NCBI GenBank assembly: GCA_030295235.1
Contig: AP026128.1
Span: forward strand, 1,178,001 to 1,242,000
Source: Fistulifera solaris
Lineage: Eukaryota
Reading direction: 5' to 3'
Length of the DNA stretch: 64,000 bases
Shown: positions 45,464 to 58,202 of the stretch, in pieces
Layout of the letters: each line of letters starts with the position of its first letter
Position numbering within the stretch: the first letter of the stretch is position 1
Notes under the pieces: generated by a model
Databases searched by the model: none
Seen by the model: the letters and a program-made list of their open reading frames with translations, nothing else
What the model was told of the DNA's origin: nothing
Program-made: the position numbers and the translations under genes

Positions 45464-47393
45464 TCAAATGCCAAGCTCTTTCAGCTGTTTCAGGATCTCG
45501 TCTTCACTCTGGATCTTCTTCTTCTGGGCATCGTTGAGAGACGAAGGGTCCTTTGCTTTCAAATCATCAATCTGCTTCAGTAGCTTCTTAAGTTTCCGTG
45601 ATAGTTTTTCTGGGTCGAGCTGTTCCTGTGACTCATCAGCTTGAACGGCACTTTGAATAGCAGCCACCGCCTGCTCCTCCGATTGCTTCTTGATCTTTGC
45701 TTTCTCGCGACGCTGCGCGGATTTTGCTCTTCGTAGGGGGCGCTAAGCCGACTACAGTAGGTGCCACCTTCTTGATAGTATCCGTTCTAGTTACCTTCGC
45801 GGCGCCCTGCATCGTTCCTTCTATCTCTTTGCGCAAACGTTCTGCTAAACTTGTTCCGCCGCCGATGCGGTTCCTCGCCGATGGTGGGACATATTTTCTC
45901 GCTGAAGATGCAGATACAGGAGCTGATGAGTGCTGATTGATAACTACCTTGTCTGGAGGAGGTGTGAGTGGACGATCCGGATACTTGGTCAAAGGCGCGG
46001 GTACAAACGTAGCTTCGAGAAGCTTGTCGGGCTCATACTGATTCTTCAACCACGGTAAATTATCCACCAGTTGCTCTCCCGCATAAGTGTAGATACGGAC
46101 ACGATTTTCTACGTTCATTCGCGGCGTACATGTGCTTGCGGCAAACAGGCGGCTATCAGGAGACCACCCGTATCCTGTTGTCGTCTCTGCTTTTAAATTC
46201 CCATTGGCGTTCAACTGGGCAGTGTTGGTGGCACCTGCGCTGATCAGCTTTCCTTTGTTCCGATCCCACAGTCCCATACCTCCAGCAAGATTTCCAAAAC
46301 CCGCCAAGCACAAGAAGCGACCGTGTGGAGACCAGCTCACAGTGTTTCTGTGGGCGTGTCCGAATTTAAATATAGGCTCGCCCGTCAAACCATTGTGAAG
46401 CGTGGCCATGGATGGCATGCGACCTGCGACGACAGCGAAGCAATGAGGTGGCTTTGACGGATTCGGCATCCATCCCACATCCAATACAGGTCCTTCCTGA
46501 TCCAAGGGGACCGTTACAACTTCTTTGTTCGCGAAATTTAATAAAAATAACTGTGACGAACCGTAGTAAGACTGGCCTGACACATCGACAGCGGTCTGTA
46601 GAACAATCAAAGCAGCATCATTGGTGGGGTTCCACAAAGTTTTCATTTCTTCCGCTTGAAATAAGGACTTCAATAACAGCGATGGATATTGACCCCCACC
46701 ACTGTTCGTTTTCCCTGGCGTGTACGCATGCAAACTTGCTCTCCCTGGTTTATTCTTTGTAGCTGGTACAAACGACGTGAAGTAATAGAGTGCCATGTTT
46801 TGCAGGGGCTTTGTCTGAGGAACACTAAGAATGGTAATGCCTTCGACTTTGAGTACATCTTGATACCTCGCTTCCCCTCCATTTGCTTCTTGAATATTGG
46901 CGGCCGAATACACGAGCACTTGATTGGCCGTTGTCATCGCCATAGCACACCGTTCATCTGCCGTCCATTGCACATTCGGCCAAGCGTCCCGACGCAAGTT
47001 TTTCAAGGCCCATCCTGCTAAAAGCTTTCCATCGGCTGCATTCCAGCATTGTAGATTGAGAGGACACGTTTCTGCGTTAAATCGTTGCCAAGTCAACAAA
47101 TAGGTACCAGAAGGCGACAAATGAAGCATCTGTACACCGACAGTATTAGGCAAGCAGTAAGCCTCCTTCTGGTCGGCCAACGTGTACTTTGTGATTCCTT
47201 TTCCTGTAATGTGAATGTACGCCGCGGAACCGTCTGGAGCACATTGATGCAATGACGTCAAGCCTTTGACGAGAAAAGGATCCTCTAGCTGCAGCGGCGT
47301 GGCATCCCCAGGACGTTCCGGTACAGTGTATAGTTCCACACCTGCTTTCGATCGTATCAGAATCCGACAAGGGGGGTTGCTGGAAGTCGACAT
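45464..47393 (-). CDS. EIF2A: eukaryotic translation initiation factor 2A (beta-propeller), frameshifted
   Basis: DVSGQSYYG, RNTVSWSPHGRFLCLAGFGNLAG, TPRMNVEN, KYVPPSAR and C-terminal KLKKLLKQIDDLK...AQKKKI. One extra A at ~45723. Confidence 0.93.
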
Positions 47394-48318
47394 TCCTTTC
47401 ACAAAAAAGACACTAATACGGTCACTTTGATTACTGGCGTCAAAGAATTCCAGGAATTGCCGTAACCCACAATTTTGTTGCCTCTTCTCCGGCGATTGAG
47501 AAGGGCGCTCAAAGGAATTGCTTTTAAAGAAAGACGAGAGGAGATGCAAAGAGCAATCACAAGACACGATGCTTTTGAACTCGTTTCTCGTCAATGGTGA
47601 TGATACATTGGGGTGCGCGGACGGAGGTGAAAAGGACGGAGGGAAAAACGTGTTACTGTCCACTATAAAAGTATATATGTACGTGATTCATTCAGATCTT
47701 CTTGACGCGTGTAACAATTCATTCTACGTTATGAAGTGCTCAAAATCAGTCCCGCTTCTCGAATTTGGACGGCCACAAAGTTAGATAGGCCGGGTGAACA
47801 ACAGACCAACGAAAACCCGATCCCGAGGCTAGAATGAAATTTCCAGTTGAACGATGAGGGGGTGAGAATGAGAGGAAATGAACGATTACTGGTATTCTAA
47901 TAAAATTGGAAGTGATAGTGTCTTGCGAAGTCATGGAGTATAGAAGTCATGGGGTATACAGTTCAGTATTTTCGATGCGCGTCGTGCGGATTGATTGGTG
48001 ATTGGTGATTGTCGTCTTTGTTGGTGCCACGATCCGGCATCGACGAAGTAATCCACAGGTTTTCGAAGGGTGAAGCATGTGAACTGTCGCCCGCCAATAC
48101 AAAGATAAGAATGTTTATAGGTAAGAGCTCAAATAAATTCAGAGGCTAAGTAGACTTATGATGTATTTTTCGATTTCAAAGTTCGTATTATGAGATTTGC
48201 GTCAGCTTCGCGAGTGACAATGGTTTCATAAATTAACTCGTTTTCCGTATATTGGGTAAATTTCGATGACGACTCGTACAAACAAATTCTCAAAGGTTTA
48301 GCATGCCAGAGGACGATT

Positions 48319-48639
48319 TCATCGAGTCTCGTCAATCACAAAATCAATATTAACGGTTCTGTTCGCATCCAAGATTCCGCCATCGTTGCTTAGTGAACTG
48401 ATAGATTGTGATAGTTGCATATTATGCAACGAAGCAGACCGATCGACATATTCTAAAAGTAAACGCCGTTTCGCTCGGCGTAGACGTCTTGCCAAATCAA
48501 TCTTGTTATGGTGAAGCACTTGTCGATCGGAAAGGCTGCAATTGTGTCGGCTTTGTAGTATTGTCTTCACATCTTCGTTCTGAAGGGCAGTGTGAGAGAG
48601 TGGACGAGCTAATTTACTGGTAACTGTGGGTTGTTTCAC
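48319..48639 (-). CDS. hypothetical small basic protein
   Basis: 106-aa ORF only; no recognisable motif. Confidence 0.25.
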   Translation of the reverse strand: MKQPTVTSKLARPLSHTALQNEDVKTILQSRHNCSLSDRQVLHHNKIDLARRLRRAKRRLLLEYVDRSASLHNMQLSQSISSLSNDGGILDANRTVNIDFVIDETR

Positions 48640-49245
48640 GTTGACAAGCAGAATTGAATGAAATGAAACTGCAAGGTGAAAAAAAAGTGAAACGTGAAAA
48701 ATTGTGAGCGCAATCTTGCATCGTGTGAAGAAAGACTTCTCAAATTCGACTTGTACTCAACAAACAAGTGTTTCACTCGGTCACTATAACAAAGTGTACT
48801 CCGTGAACCCCCATTTTGCACGCCGAGAAGTCGATCGAATTCCGAAGAACGAAGAACGTCGCTTTTTCAAACAATGTCGTGAATGAAATCAATCCTGTGT
48901 GATGGATAGAGAGCTATGTACGGACTTTGGTCTGATCTCTCGCATGGACAGAAGAAAGAAGTGCTTAGGCTATCGCCTAGCTAGAAGCTTCACCAGGTTC
49001 AAAGACAGAACGTAATTTTTTGATGGAAAGAGATACCAGAGAACTGTATGTACCTCTTGAATGCTAAATTTGGAAGAGATCGATCGGTTGCCGTCGGGCT
49101 TGTCATCGGTTGAAAGCATTGAAGTATCCTTTATCAGGCAAGATTTTCGTATCATCAAATAGAGAATCAGAATTTACTACGTGAATCTCCAAGAAGAAAA
49201 AGTTAGACGAGATTTTAGCACGAAAGACATCTACCCTGCGAGTGT

Positions 49246-50330
49246 TCATTCTTCAGTAGAGTACGACTCCTTCAGTTGAATCCGAAAGGATAAAATTTGG
49301 CGTAATACATCGTTTCTTTCTTCCGGGTTTTCATTGAGAAGTTTTAGCATAGTTTGGTCGTCCTCTAAGGAGGTGGTCCAGTCAGATGCTAGCGCTAAGC
49401 AATCGTCTCCGCCTTTTTTGAGCATAAACCGATCCAGTTGATTTCCCGGAGCAACGAACCCGTAATTTAACAGTAGCTCAACAGAGGAGGCGACTCCGGA
49501 GCCGTATCCAATTGTAATTTCGGTCCCTTTGGGAATGGGTCTCGTACTCGTCAAACAGAAAAAAGCTTCGTCTTTCTCGGGGTCCAGAAGCGTCAGCTTT
49601 GCATTTGGATTTGAGCTATGGTTTGCTATATCAATGAAGGGGACCATAACTGGAAGAACTCTGGTTGCTGTTTTTGTAATCACCTGCCCTCGATCATCGT
49701 ACACTGTTTCTTGATTGTCGTCTGCGATCGGAATCAGAAAAGCACGAGACGTCACGAGCCATGTGGCGAGCTTCAAGTCGTCCAACGGAATGTTTTCTTT
49801 TCGAGCCAACTCTTCAATCTGATCACGGCGCTTTTTCGCTTGTTGTACTAGGCGGGGGAACTCTAGCAGATCAATTTCACTATCCGACCAGAGGTTAGGT
49901 GTTGTGCTTGTTTCAATTATGCGCGATGGAAGACTTTGCAGGTAGTCCTTCCACCAATCGTCGGGTTTCGTGTAGTATTGTCGATAAAAACTGTGACCGT
50001 ATTCTGCAACATTTCCTTCATCCGACGACGCGACCTTTTGTGGGTCCAGTAGGGCGAGAGCAATATCCGATGGAATTTTGCAGATTAAGGCATCACTCTT
50101 TCCGAAAGTTTTCGCTGCAAATAAACCACGCTGACCGTTCGAATCGATACCAATATCAACATTCTGGATGTTGGCTTTCTTAGATTTCAAAAGTTTGTCA
50201 GTGCCTCTTCAGTCACTGTGTACGATGCAGTCTTCTTTTGTGTGCCGAAGCCTTTCGCTTGCGAAGAGAAAGCAAAACAGCTTTCAGCTAATAAGAATGT
50301 CACTGAGATTAACAGATGAGTGACTCTCAT
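49246..50330 (-). CDS. SET-domain protein lysine methyltransferase (Rubisco LSMT-like), plastid presequence
   Basis: GQRGLFA, WLVTSRAF, VPFIDIANH, GTEITIGYG and LLLNYGF. ATG 50330 (..CFA-FSS) joins through a missing T at ~50190. Confidence 0.88.
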
Positions 50331-50624
50331 CCTTGGCTTACTATTATTATGTTTGTTTTTTAAGAGTATAAGGAGTGATAATCACCTTCTCAATCAGTGG
50401 TACAGCTGGGATTCGTTCGTCATTACACCATGTACACCTCGTAGAAAATGTACCAGAGGCTCCACAAAAAATTTTACTGTATAATTTTAGGTAAAAATTT
50501 CCCATTTTCATGCTTATTTTTATCTATCATAAAAACTTCGGATGAATAAGATAATTATATAGATAGATTCAGAATTTTGAGAGCTACAATTTTTCGATCC
50601 GCGAACTGGGCCTTATTTGACGAA

Positions 50625-51779
50625 GATTCTGCGATGGGTCCACATATTCTGGACCCGGTGCATTGGCTAGCACAGAAGTTTCGAAATATTTCCAGTTATT
50701 TCGGCTTAGGTCTATGGGAGGGCATAGACTAGAGATTCTGTGCACGTTTTAAATAATTCGCGATCGGGGTTTTCCGTCAGACAATGATTTTGTGGACATT
50801 CCAGAAATTCTGGAATTGGTGCTTTGGGTCGTGCAGACATTCTGCGAGACTTCCTGATGTTTTGGATGAGGTGTTTTGCGTCTCACAAAGCGTTTGTGCA
50901 CGTTCCAGAAATTCTGGAATCGGTGTTTGGGTTTTAGATATCCTTTTCCCAATTCCAGAAATTCTGGAATCTGTATTTCGATCACACAGAAATTCTGCGA
51001 TTGGTCCAGATATTCTGGACCCGGTGCATTGGCTCGTACAGAAGTTCTGAAAGATTTCCAGATACTTTTTAAAGTAGGTGTTTGGGATGGCATAGAGATT
51101 CTGTGCACGTTTCAAATATTTCGCCATCAAGGCTTTCCGTCAGACAATGATTTTGTGCATTTTCCAGAAATTCTGGAATCGGTGTTTTGGGTCGTGCAGA
51201 AGTTCTGTGAGTCTACCAGATATTCTGGATTAGATGATTTGCATTGCATAGAGCACTGGTGCAAGTTCCAGAAATTCTGGAATCGGTGTTTGGATTTTAG
51301 ATATCCTTTTTCCTAATTCCAGAAATTCTGGAATCGGTATTTCGGTCGCACAGAAATTCTGCGATGGGTCCACATATTCTGGACCCGGTGTATTGGGTCC
51401 TACAGAAGTTCTGAAAGATTTCCAGATACCTTTTAAAGTAGGTGTTTGGGATGGCATAGAGATTCTGTGCACATTTCAAATATTTCGCCATCAAGGCTTT
51501 CCGTCAGACAATGATTTTGTGCATATTCCAGAAATTGTGGAATTGGTGCTTTGGGTCGTGCAGACATTCTGTGAGACTTCCGTTTATATTTTGGATGAGG
51601 TGCTTTGCGTCTCACAAAGCGTTTGTGCACGTTCCAGAAATTCTGGAATCGGTGTTTGGATTTTAGATATCCTTTTTCCTAATTCCAGAAATTCTGGAAT
51701 CGGTATTTCGGTCACACAGAAATTCTGCGATGGGTCCACATATTCTGGACCCGGTGCATTGGCTAGCACAGAAGTTTTG
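50625..51779. repeat. ~365-bp tandem repeat (~3.2 copies) rich in TTCCAGAAATTCTGGAA palindromes
   Basis: ATTCTGCGATGGGTCCACATATTCTGGACCCGGTG (or variant) at ~50626, 50992, 51356 and 51722. Each unit has several TCCAGAAATTCTGGA and degenerate AGAAATTCT subrepeats. Confidence 0.95.
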
Positions 51780-51877
51780 ATGAAAAAAACGACCGACATA
51801 TTTTGTATTCGCATGATGAATGATGTTATGATTACATACTGCAATAGGTGATTATTATTTTCAATTGACAAGATATT

Positions 51878-53636
51878 ATGGGATGGTTTGATGACGATGA
51901 CGACGATGAAACGGAAGAAGTAAAACGAAACCCGCCGACGCGGCGATTGATAGTGAAGAAGACCCACTGGACGCGTACATGCTATCATTGCAACCAGAAC
52001 AGAAAAATGATTCTTTCATAAATGATCGACTTGACCTTGTAAACGAAGAAGAGGCGACCGACCACTGGGAAGGATTATCAAAGAATGATATAGAATCGTC
52101 AAAGACAACAACTTTATATCAGCAATCGGACGAAGGCCGCGCTGCAAGAGATTCGTTGAATACGAAATTTACAAAGGCACGTGGTGATGTGTTCGCATTA
52201 GAGCCGAGCAAAAAGCCTCCCCGAGACCCAAAACAAAGCGTATCAATGTTGACAAATTGGACGAAAAACTCCTCTACGGGAAAGAGTTGGCGAGATGAAT
52301 ATCACGTCAAAATTAGACAGATTCACACTCGCCAAGAAAATCCATGTCTCTATGATCCGGTCCGACTATTTGAAGAATTACGAGAAAAACTTCCAGAAAA
52401 TCTGCTGGCTTCCATTTTGCAACAATTTACGCAACCCACCCCGGTTCAATCGCAGTCTCTGCCGTATTTGCTGAGTGGAGACGATTTATTGGTGACGGCC
52501 AGCACCGGTGTCGGAAAAACGGTTGCTTTTCTGATTCCTGCTTTGGTATGTCTTGCGCATCAGCGGCCACTGGCCAGCGACGAAACAGGACCGCTTGTAC
52601 TTATCATTGCGCCTACACGCGAGCTGGCCACCCAGATTCATCGTGTCGCCAAGTCATTGTCTCCCAACATAAAAAGTCGTGCAATCATTGGAGGCATCGG
52701 AAAGTATTTGTTGCGACAAGAGCTCAAGAAGACGGGAGGAGTCGAATTAGTAGTCGCAACGCCTGGTCGATTGCTGGATGTTGTGTCGGATAAGAAGGGT
52801 TTGAGTTTGGATCGTGTTGTCTTTACAATTTTGGACGAGGCAGATAAGCTGTTACAAATGGGATTTGAAGCGCAAGTGAGACAGATTCTTTCCAACGTAC
52901 GAGGTCAGATATGCATGTTTTCTGCTACTTTTCACGACGGATGGAACAAGTAGCACAGGAATGGTTGCTGCCTTCTGCTGTGCGTATTGAAGTCGGCAGA
53001 ACGGGACAGTCGACGCAGCACGTGGTCCAGCATTGCATGATTTTACCGGATCATGCGGCGAAAGAGGCGTTTGTGCTGGAATTGCTGCCGACGCTTGTAC
53101 AGGTTGGGCGGACGCTTATTTTCGTCGCCACAAAGGATGGGTGCGAGGCCCTTGCTCGGCTATTGTCCAAAGGGAATGTTTCAGTCGACACTTTGCATGG
53201 TGACAAGCATCAAGTGGACAGAAATTCAGCTCTTCGGGCTTTTACGAAAGACGAAATCAGAGTTCTGGTGGCTACGGACGTTGCATCACGCGGGTTGGAC
53301 ATTCCGCATGTTGCGACTGTTGTTCAATTCGATCCTGCGAAGAATTTGGATGCGCATGTTCATCGAGTGGGGCGTGCCGGGAGATTGTCGGAAGAGGAGC
53401 AGGCGACGGGAACTTGCTACACTTTATTAACTCCCAAAGATTCGAATATTGCTGGAGTTATTTGTGCGTCGTGGGAACGTGAAGGTCGGCCCGTTCCGGC
53501 TGATTTGAAGGCGCTGTCGCAAAATGGCCGACGGATCAAACCTCCTACACAACAGACGAAGGCATCAAGCCAAGCTGGTCTAGGATGGAACAAAGAAGAC
53601 GTTGCGCCACCGCTGAAAAGAAGCAGATGGTCGTAG
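51878..53636 (+). CDS. DEAD-box RNA helicase, DDX42-like (frameshifted)
   Basis: EEDPLDAYM N-terminal motif, ASTGVGKT, APTRELA, ATPGRLLD, LDEAD, SAT, ATDVASRGLD and HRVGRAGR. Indels at ~51928 and ~52930. Confidence 0.9.
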
Positions 53637-53795
53637 CATCGAAAAAACTTTAATGGCTTCCTTTGTGTTAAATCAATTTCATAAATGAAATGTATATTAT
53701 TCCGTATTTCTTAACAATTGATTCGCAGTACTGCGTTTTGCCTAGTTGAACAGCGTGAGGAGTCGCGACTATTATCATACAATGACACCCTTCCC

Positions 53796-54931
53796 CTAAA
53801 CCTCTTCTTGGTTTCGAGGTGCCATGTCTGGCAAGAAACTGTTAGCTAGCAGATCCCCGGAAGATTGAGGTAATAAGCTACTCGCGTTGGTTGAGGCCTG
53901 TGTTGTTGATGCGTGTGGTAGAGCGAAAGTTCGACCGGATGCAATCCCTTGAAGCAAATGTGCTGCACCATGCACACTTTGCATACCCGGAGATATTTCG
54001 TTTCGCGCCCCCAGCACAAATCCGTGACTTGGTCTGTTCGGCAGCTCCCCTATTACGGGTGCGTTAAATTGCAGCGGTTCGGTGGAAGTTTTCATAGGCG
54101 GAATGACTGTTAGTGCACCCGATGCATATGAATTTGTGCCCAAAGTCGGTGCAGAATCGATGGGAGGCATCTCGTAAAAATTGGGCTCGGAGCTAGCATC
54201 GGCCGGTTGCTTGTGACCTGTGCCTTTCACTTTCTGGCGGGTCATCCGTTGACAAAGTCCTATCCTTCCTCGCAAAAACATTTCGTGATAGTAGGCTCCG
54301 GCGTCGGGTCCTTGTGTAATGCGTCGAAAGCCATACAAGTTGAGCTGCCTTTGAAAACTAGTGAGCTTTGATTGTTTGAAAAACTTTGGCATGATCTCTG
54401 TGGTGAACTCCTTTGGCTTTTGCACTAAGAATGCTCTTCCGTGCTCCAGCCAAAAGACAATACGCCGACTATCTTCCTCGACTGCTTCCAACATTTCATG
54501 CAGCTTTTCTGGAAATGGTTGCGTGACACCCCCGTCTTCTTCCGAACATATCCGATCGAATCCGGTATGTTACTATAGTCGTGGTAGATGTGTGGGACGC
54601 CTCGCTTGGATCCGGAGGAAAAACTTCTTTGATCTGACTTATCGCAGCTACTATCCAAGTGCAAATCGGTGTGCCCCTCCTGTTGACGAGCGTGGACGCT
54701 CCATCCACTCGGTGGCGTAACCAACGGCGACGGAGGAAGTCGTGACCGCCTTTCATCAGAGCTACTACCGATAGATGTAGTAAGTTTGGGGGAATAAGAA
54801 TGGGTGCGATTGGAAGTATTTAAACCGATGTGACCGTTGGACTGTCCGGCATATTCCAAAATAGAAGACATTTCGACGTCCTGCTGCGATGGAAAGGCTT
54901 GCGCGGAAGACGAAGCAGAGGAAGCCGACAT
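53796..54931 (-). CDS. heat shock factor (HSF) DNA-binding domain protein
   Basis: GGVTQPFPEKLHEML (restored by adding one G at ~54531), WLEHGRAF, FKQSKLTSFQRQLNLYGF and YYHEMFLRG. Confidence 0.95.
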
Positions 54932-55568
54932 GCTGCGCTCTAATCGATGCTTCAAGGAATGCTTAAATGAGTTATTTTGTAGTGAGGGAAATCGCTTTCG
55001 GAAGATCCCTCCGTATCGACCATGAAAGATTTTGATCGGCTTGGCTATCAGATGCTCCGGTAACTCTTGTCTGAGTATCAGAAGAACTCAAATATGAAAT
55101 GCGAACAATGGATTTTACCTTTTGTCCATGGCCGTGCGAACCCTGCAGTTCGTCTTGGTGGGTTTCCGAAGTTTTTGCTTCGAAAGACGAGTGTTGTCAA
55201 ACATTTTGATGGCTTCACGCGTCACGGTTCTCATTCTGGATCATGAGAAAATTCGCGGTACGGTACTCGACAGTAGGGATTAATGTAGGATCTATTTTAC
55301 ACCTTTCTGCTCCTGCATCTGCTTCTTCACTATATCCTCCTTTTGTATGTAACAACGTCACTCTGGTTCTCATTGACCCTAGTTCATTGCGACTTTGTAC
55401 GCCTGTACGACAGGAGCGGATCTTCCGAAAATTCTCCACCATCGTCGCGCATCTCGCGAAAGGATGAATAAATAATGCAAACGCCATGATGCGAATGAAT
55501 GAAGGAATTGTCTTTCCTTGTAAAATATCACCGAGAACGAAAGTCATTTAGGTCAAATAAGGAAAAGA

Positions 55569-57179
55569 ATGTCTTTTCAAAAGGAAACTCTAGTTCCTCT
55601 GGTCGACGATAGTGATTATGATGCAAAGAATCTTTACCCCAGCGACGACGATTTTGACGATGAAGACCTCGCTGATATGATGCCGGAACAGCGCTTTGAA
55701 GCGCGTATGGCAGAACGATTATCGGTTCGCTTATTAGCGATATCCGATGACGACGAAGAAGGATATCATAGAGAGCTGCGGAAATCACTTCGTTTGCTGC
55801 ATGTGAGTTCCTCTGGTGATTTAGAGTCGAAGCCATCTGCTAGTGCGTTATTTGTTGAAAAGGACGTGGATTTCATAACACTGGCACGTCGGCATCTCTG
55901 GATAATGATATTGATTGCTATCGGTGGATTGTTTATTGTGGGAAGTGTTTTATGGTGGGGCGTACGGTTGCTAGGTCCTCCCTATCAACCAGCTGGGCCG
56001 TATGAATTGATTGAACGACAAGAAGGTGAAGATTTCTTCCAGTATTATACATTCTATGAAGGAAAGGATTCAGCTGGCTCGGATGGCTATAATATGTACG
56101 TGAATATGCAAAAAGCAAAGGATATCGGTATTGTCAATATCACAATGGAAAGCGATGAGTTGGATGTCTATCAATTTGATGGTGAGGCGGATGTTCACAA
56201 AAGAAACAAGGAAGAGCCGTTTGTTTACATGCTATCGGCTCCCACACCGGAGGGTCCACGAGACTCGATCCGGTTAGAAGGAATCCGGCGTTTCAATCGT
56301 GGTCTTTTCATGTAAGTTTCGTCGGTTCCGTGGCTCTAGTCGATATCGAATGAATTGCCTCAATTTCACTTTGGTTATCTTTCTCAAGAATCGATGTTCG
56401 TCACATGCCAACAGGATGTGGAGTTTGGCCGGCTTTTTGGTTGACCGACGAAGCGAATTGGCCGGTGAACGGTGAAATCGATATTGTGGAAGGTGTAAAT
56501 TATCAATCAGAAGCAAAGACGGCGCTGCATTCAACCAAGGGGTGCTCGATGACAGATATTCCATTAGGAGTGATGACAGGCACGTGGGATACCGCACAGG
56601 GGATTCCAGATGCAAAAACAGGCATTCCTGATATGACTCTTCGATACGCCCGTAACTGCTTCGTTTATGATCAACATCAATGGCTGAATCAGGGATGTGT
56701 CGCTGTCGATCAACAAGGCGGAACACTAGGCGGGCCGCTGAATGAAAAAGGCGGAGGAGTATATGCACTAGAATGGGACCCTCTCAATCGCCACATACGT
56801 AGCTGGGTGTTTACTCCACACAGCACAGTTCCAGAAAATCTTGTCGAAGCTATCCGAACCGCCAGTCTTCCCCCCTGAAGACCGGATCGATCCAGATCCT
56901 TCTTTGTGGCCTATTCCGTACGCTTATTACGCAATTGGGGAAGAAACTGACTGCCCATCTTCCCATTTTCGACACATGAGATTGGTGTTTAACACTGCTT
57001 TTTGTGGGAGTGTAGCAGGAAACCGATACCAAATGGATTGTCCGAAACAGGCCAAGGAATTTCCAACATGCAATGCGTGGATCAAGAGCGATCCTGACGA
57101 AATGAAAGATGCGTATTGGAAAGTTCGTGGTGTTTACGTTTATGAGCGGAGATGGGAACGAAGGCTGACAAACTATTAG
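55569..57179 (+). CDS. GH16 endo-1,3(4)-beta-glucanase, type II membrane anchored
   Basis: TM segment, RDSIRLE, HMPTGCGVWPAFW, GEIDIVEGVN, GGGVYALEW and FCGSVAG. Intron 56312-56388; C-run indel at ~56872. Confidence 0.93.
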
Positions 57180-57749
57180 CAGACCTTCGTTGTATCCGGA
57201 TATGCTTGGCTCGCTGATGTAAATTGTAATCCCTAAGGTCATCATAGTTTGTCAACGTAGCAACGAATTAGCTATGATCCTATATCGGAATCATGGACAT
57301 ATCGACTAAAACTGTGCACCAAGTACGCATTATCTCGTGACGGGACCAAACTTTTCCACCACAAATTTTGTTACGTGCATCAGATACGAAACCAAAGCAT
57401 TCACTCTGTTTCATCTCGCAGATTACAAAGTCAGCGAGCCTTGCGGTAAAGATTGCCAGTAGCAGTTGTTGGGTCTTACGTAAGTCCTGGTTGAAATGTG
57501 ATTGCTACGAGGATTCATTCATGGCGCGCCATGGTGTCGGATCTTCGAAAGAAATTTCTACGGAAAACGCAGTACAAATTTTACATACGTATGTCTCGTA
57601 CAAAATTTTACGCGATGCAAAAACGCAAAGCGAATAAGTGGCTGATTATTTTCAAAGCAATCATGCTCATAAATTTGTCGGCTTTGTCTTCTGCTGCACA
57701 TTGGTAAAGTATCAAGCATCATTTACAATCCTTTTGGAAACCTTTTACC

Positions 57750-58202
57750 ATGGCTGTCGAGAACTGTGATACCGAGAAAGCAGTGACGGAAACCATTGAA
57801 GCTGTCGCTGAAGCATGCGCTGGAACGCCCAGCTGTGCGGACGACGCCCCCAGCGATGAAAGTGCTGGTGCAAAGAAACGTCCCAGTCCCGTCGCAACCG
57901 GCGAAGACAAGTACGAAAGTCCCATGAAGAAAGTTCCCGTCGAAATCGTTGCAGAGGAATCCCGTGAGGCCGCTGGAGAAGACGCGCTCGAAGGTACCAC
58001 CAGTCCCGTCGAGGAAGCAGCGGAGGAAGAGCCTACTGTTGAAGCGATTGCCGAGGAAGAGAAGCCAAGCGAAGAGGCTGAAGCAAGCGAGGAGGCTGAC
58101 AAGGCTTCTACGGCAGAAATTCCGGTGATCACGTCTGTTGGAGATGACGTCGTCAAAGCTGTCGAGGTTTCGCCGCAGCCTCAGGAGGTTGAAGCCGAAT
58201 AA
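57750..58202 (+). CDS. acidic low-complexity (E/A-rich) protein with possible NLS
   Basis: 150-aa ORF with ACCATGG start, gene-like codon use and KKRPSP...PMKK. Confidence 0.65.
   Translation: MAVENCDTEKAVTETIEAVAEACAGTPSCADDAPSDESAGAKKRPSPVATGEDKYESPMKKVPVEIVAEESREAAGEDALEGTTSPVEEAAEEEPTVEAIAEEEKPSEEAEASEEADKASTAEIPVITSVGDDVVKAVEVSPQPQEVEAE

Noticed and set aside
50749..51988. Repetitive ORFs on both strands of the 365-bp array
   Set aside because: Frames break between units, occur on both strands and show no protein motif; they are by-products of palindromic DNA.
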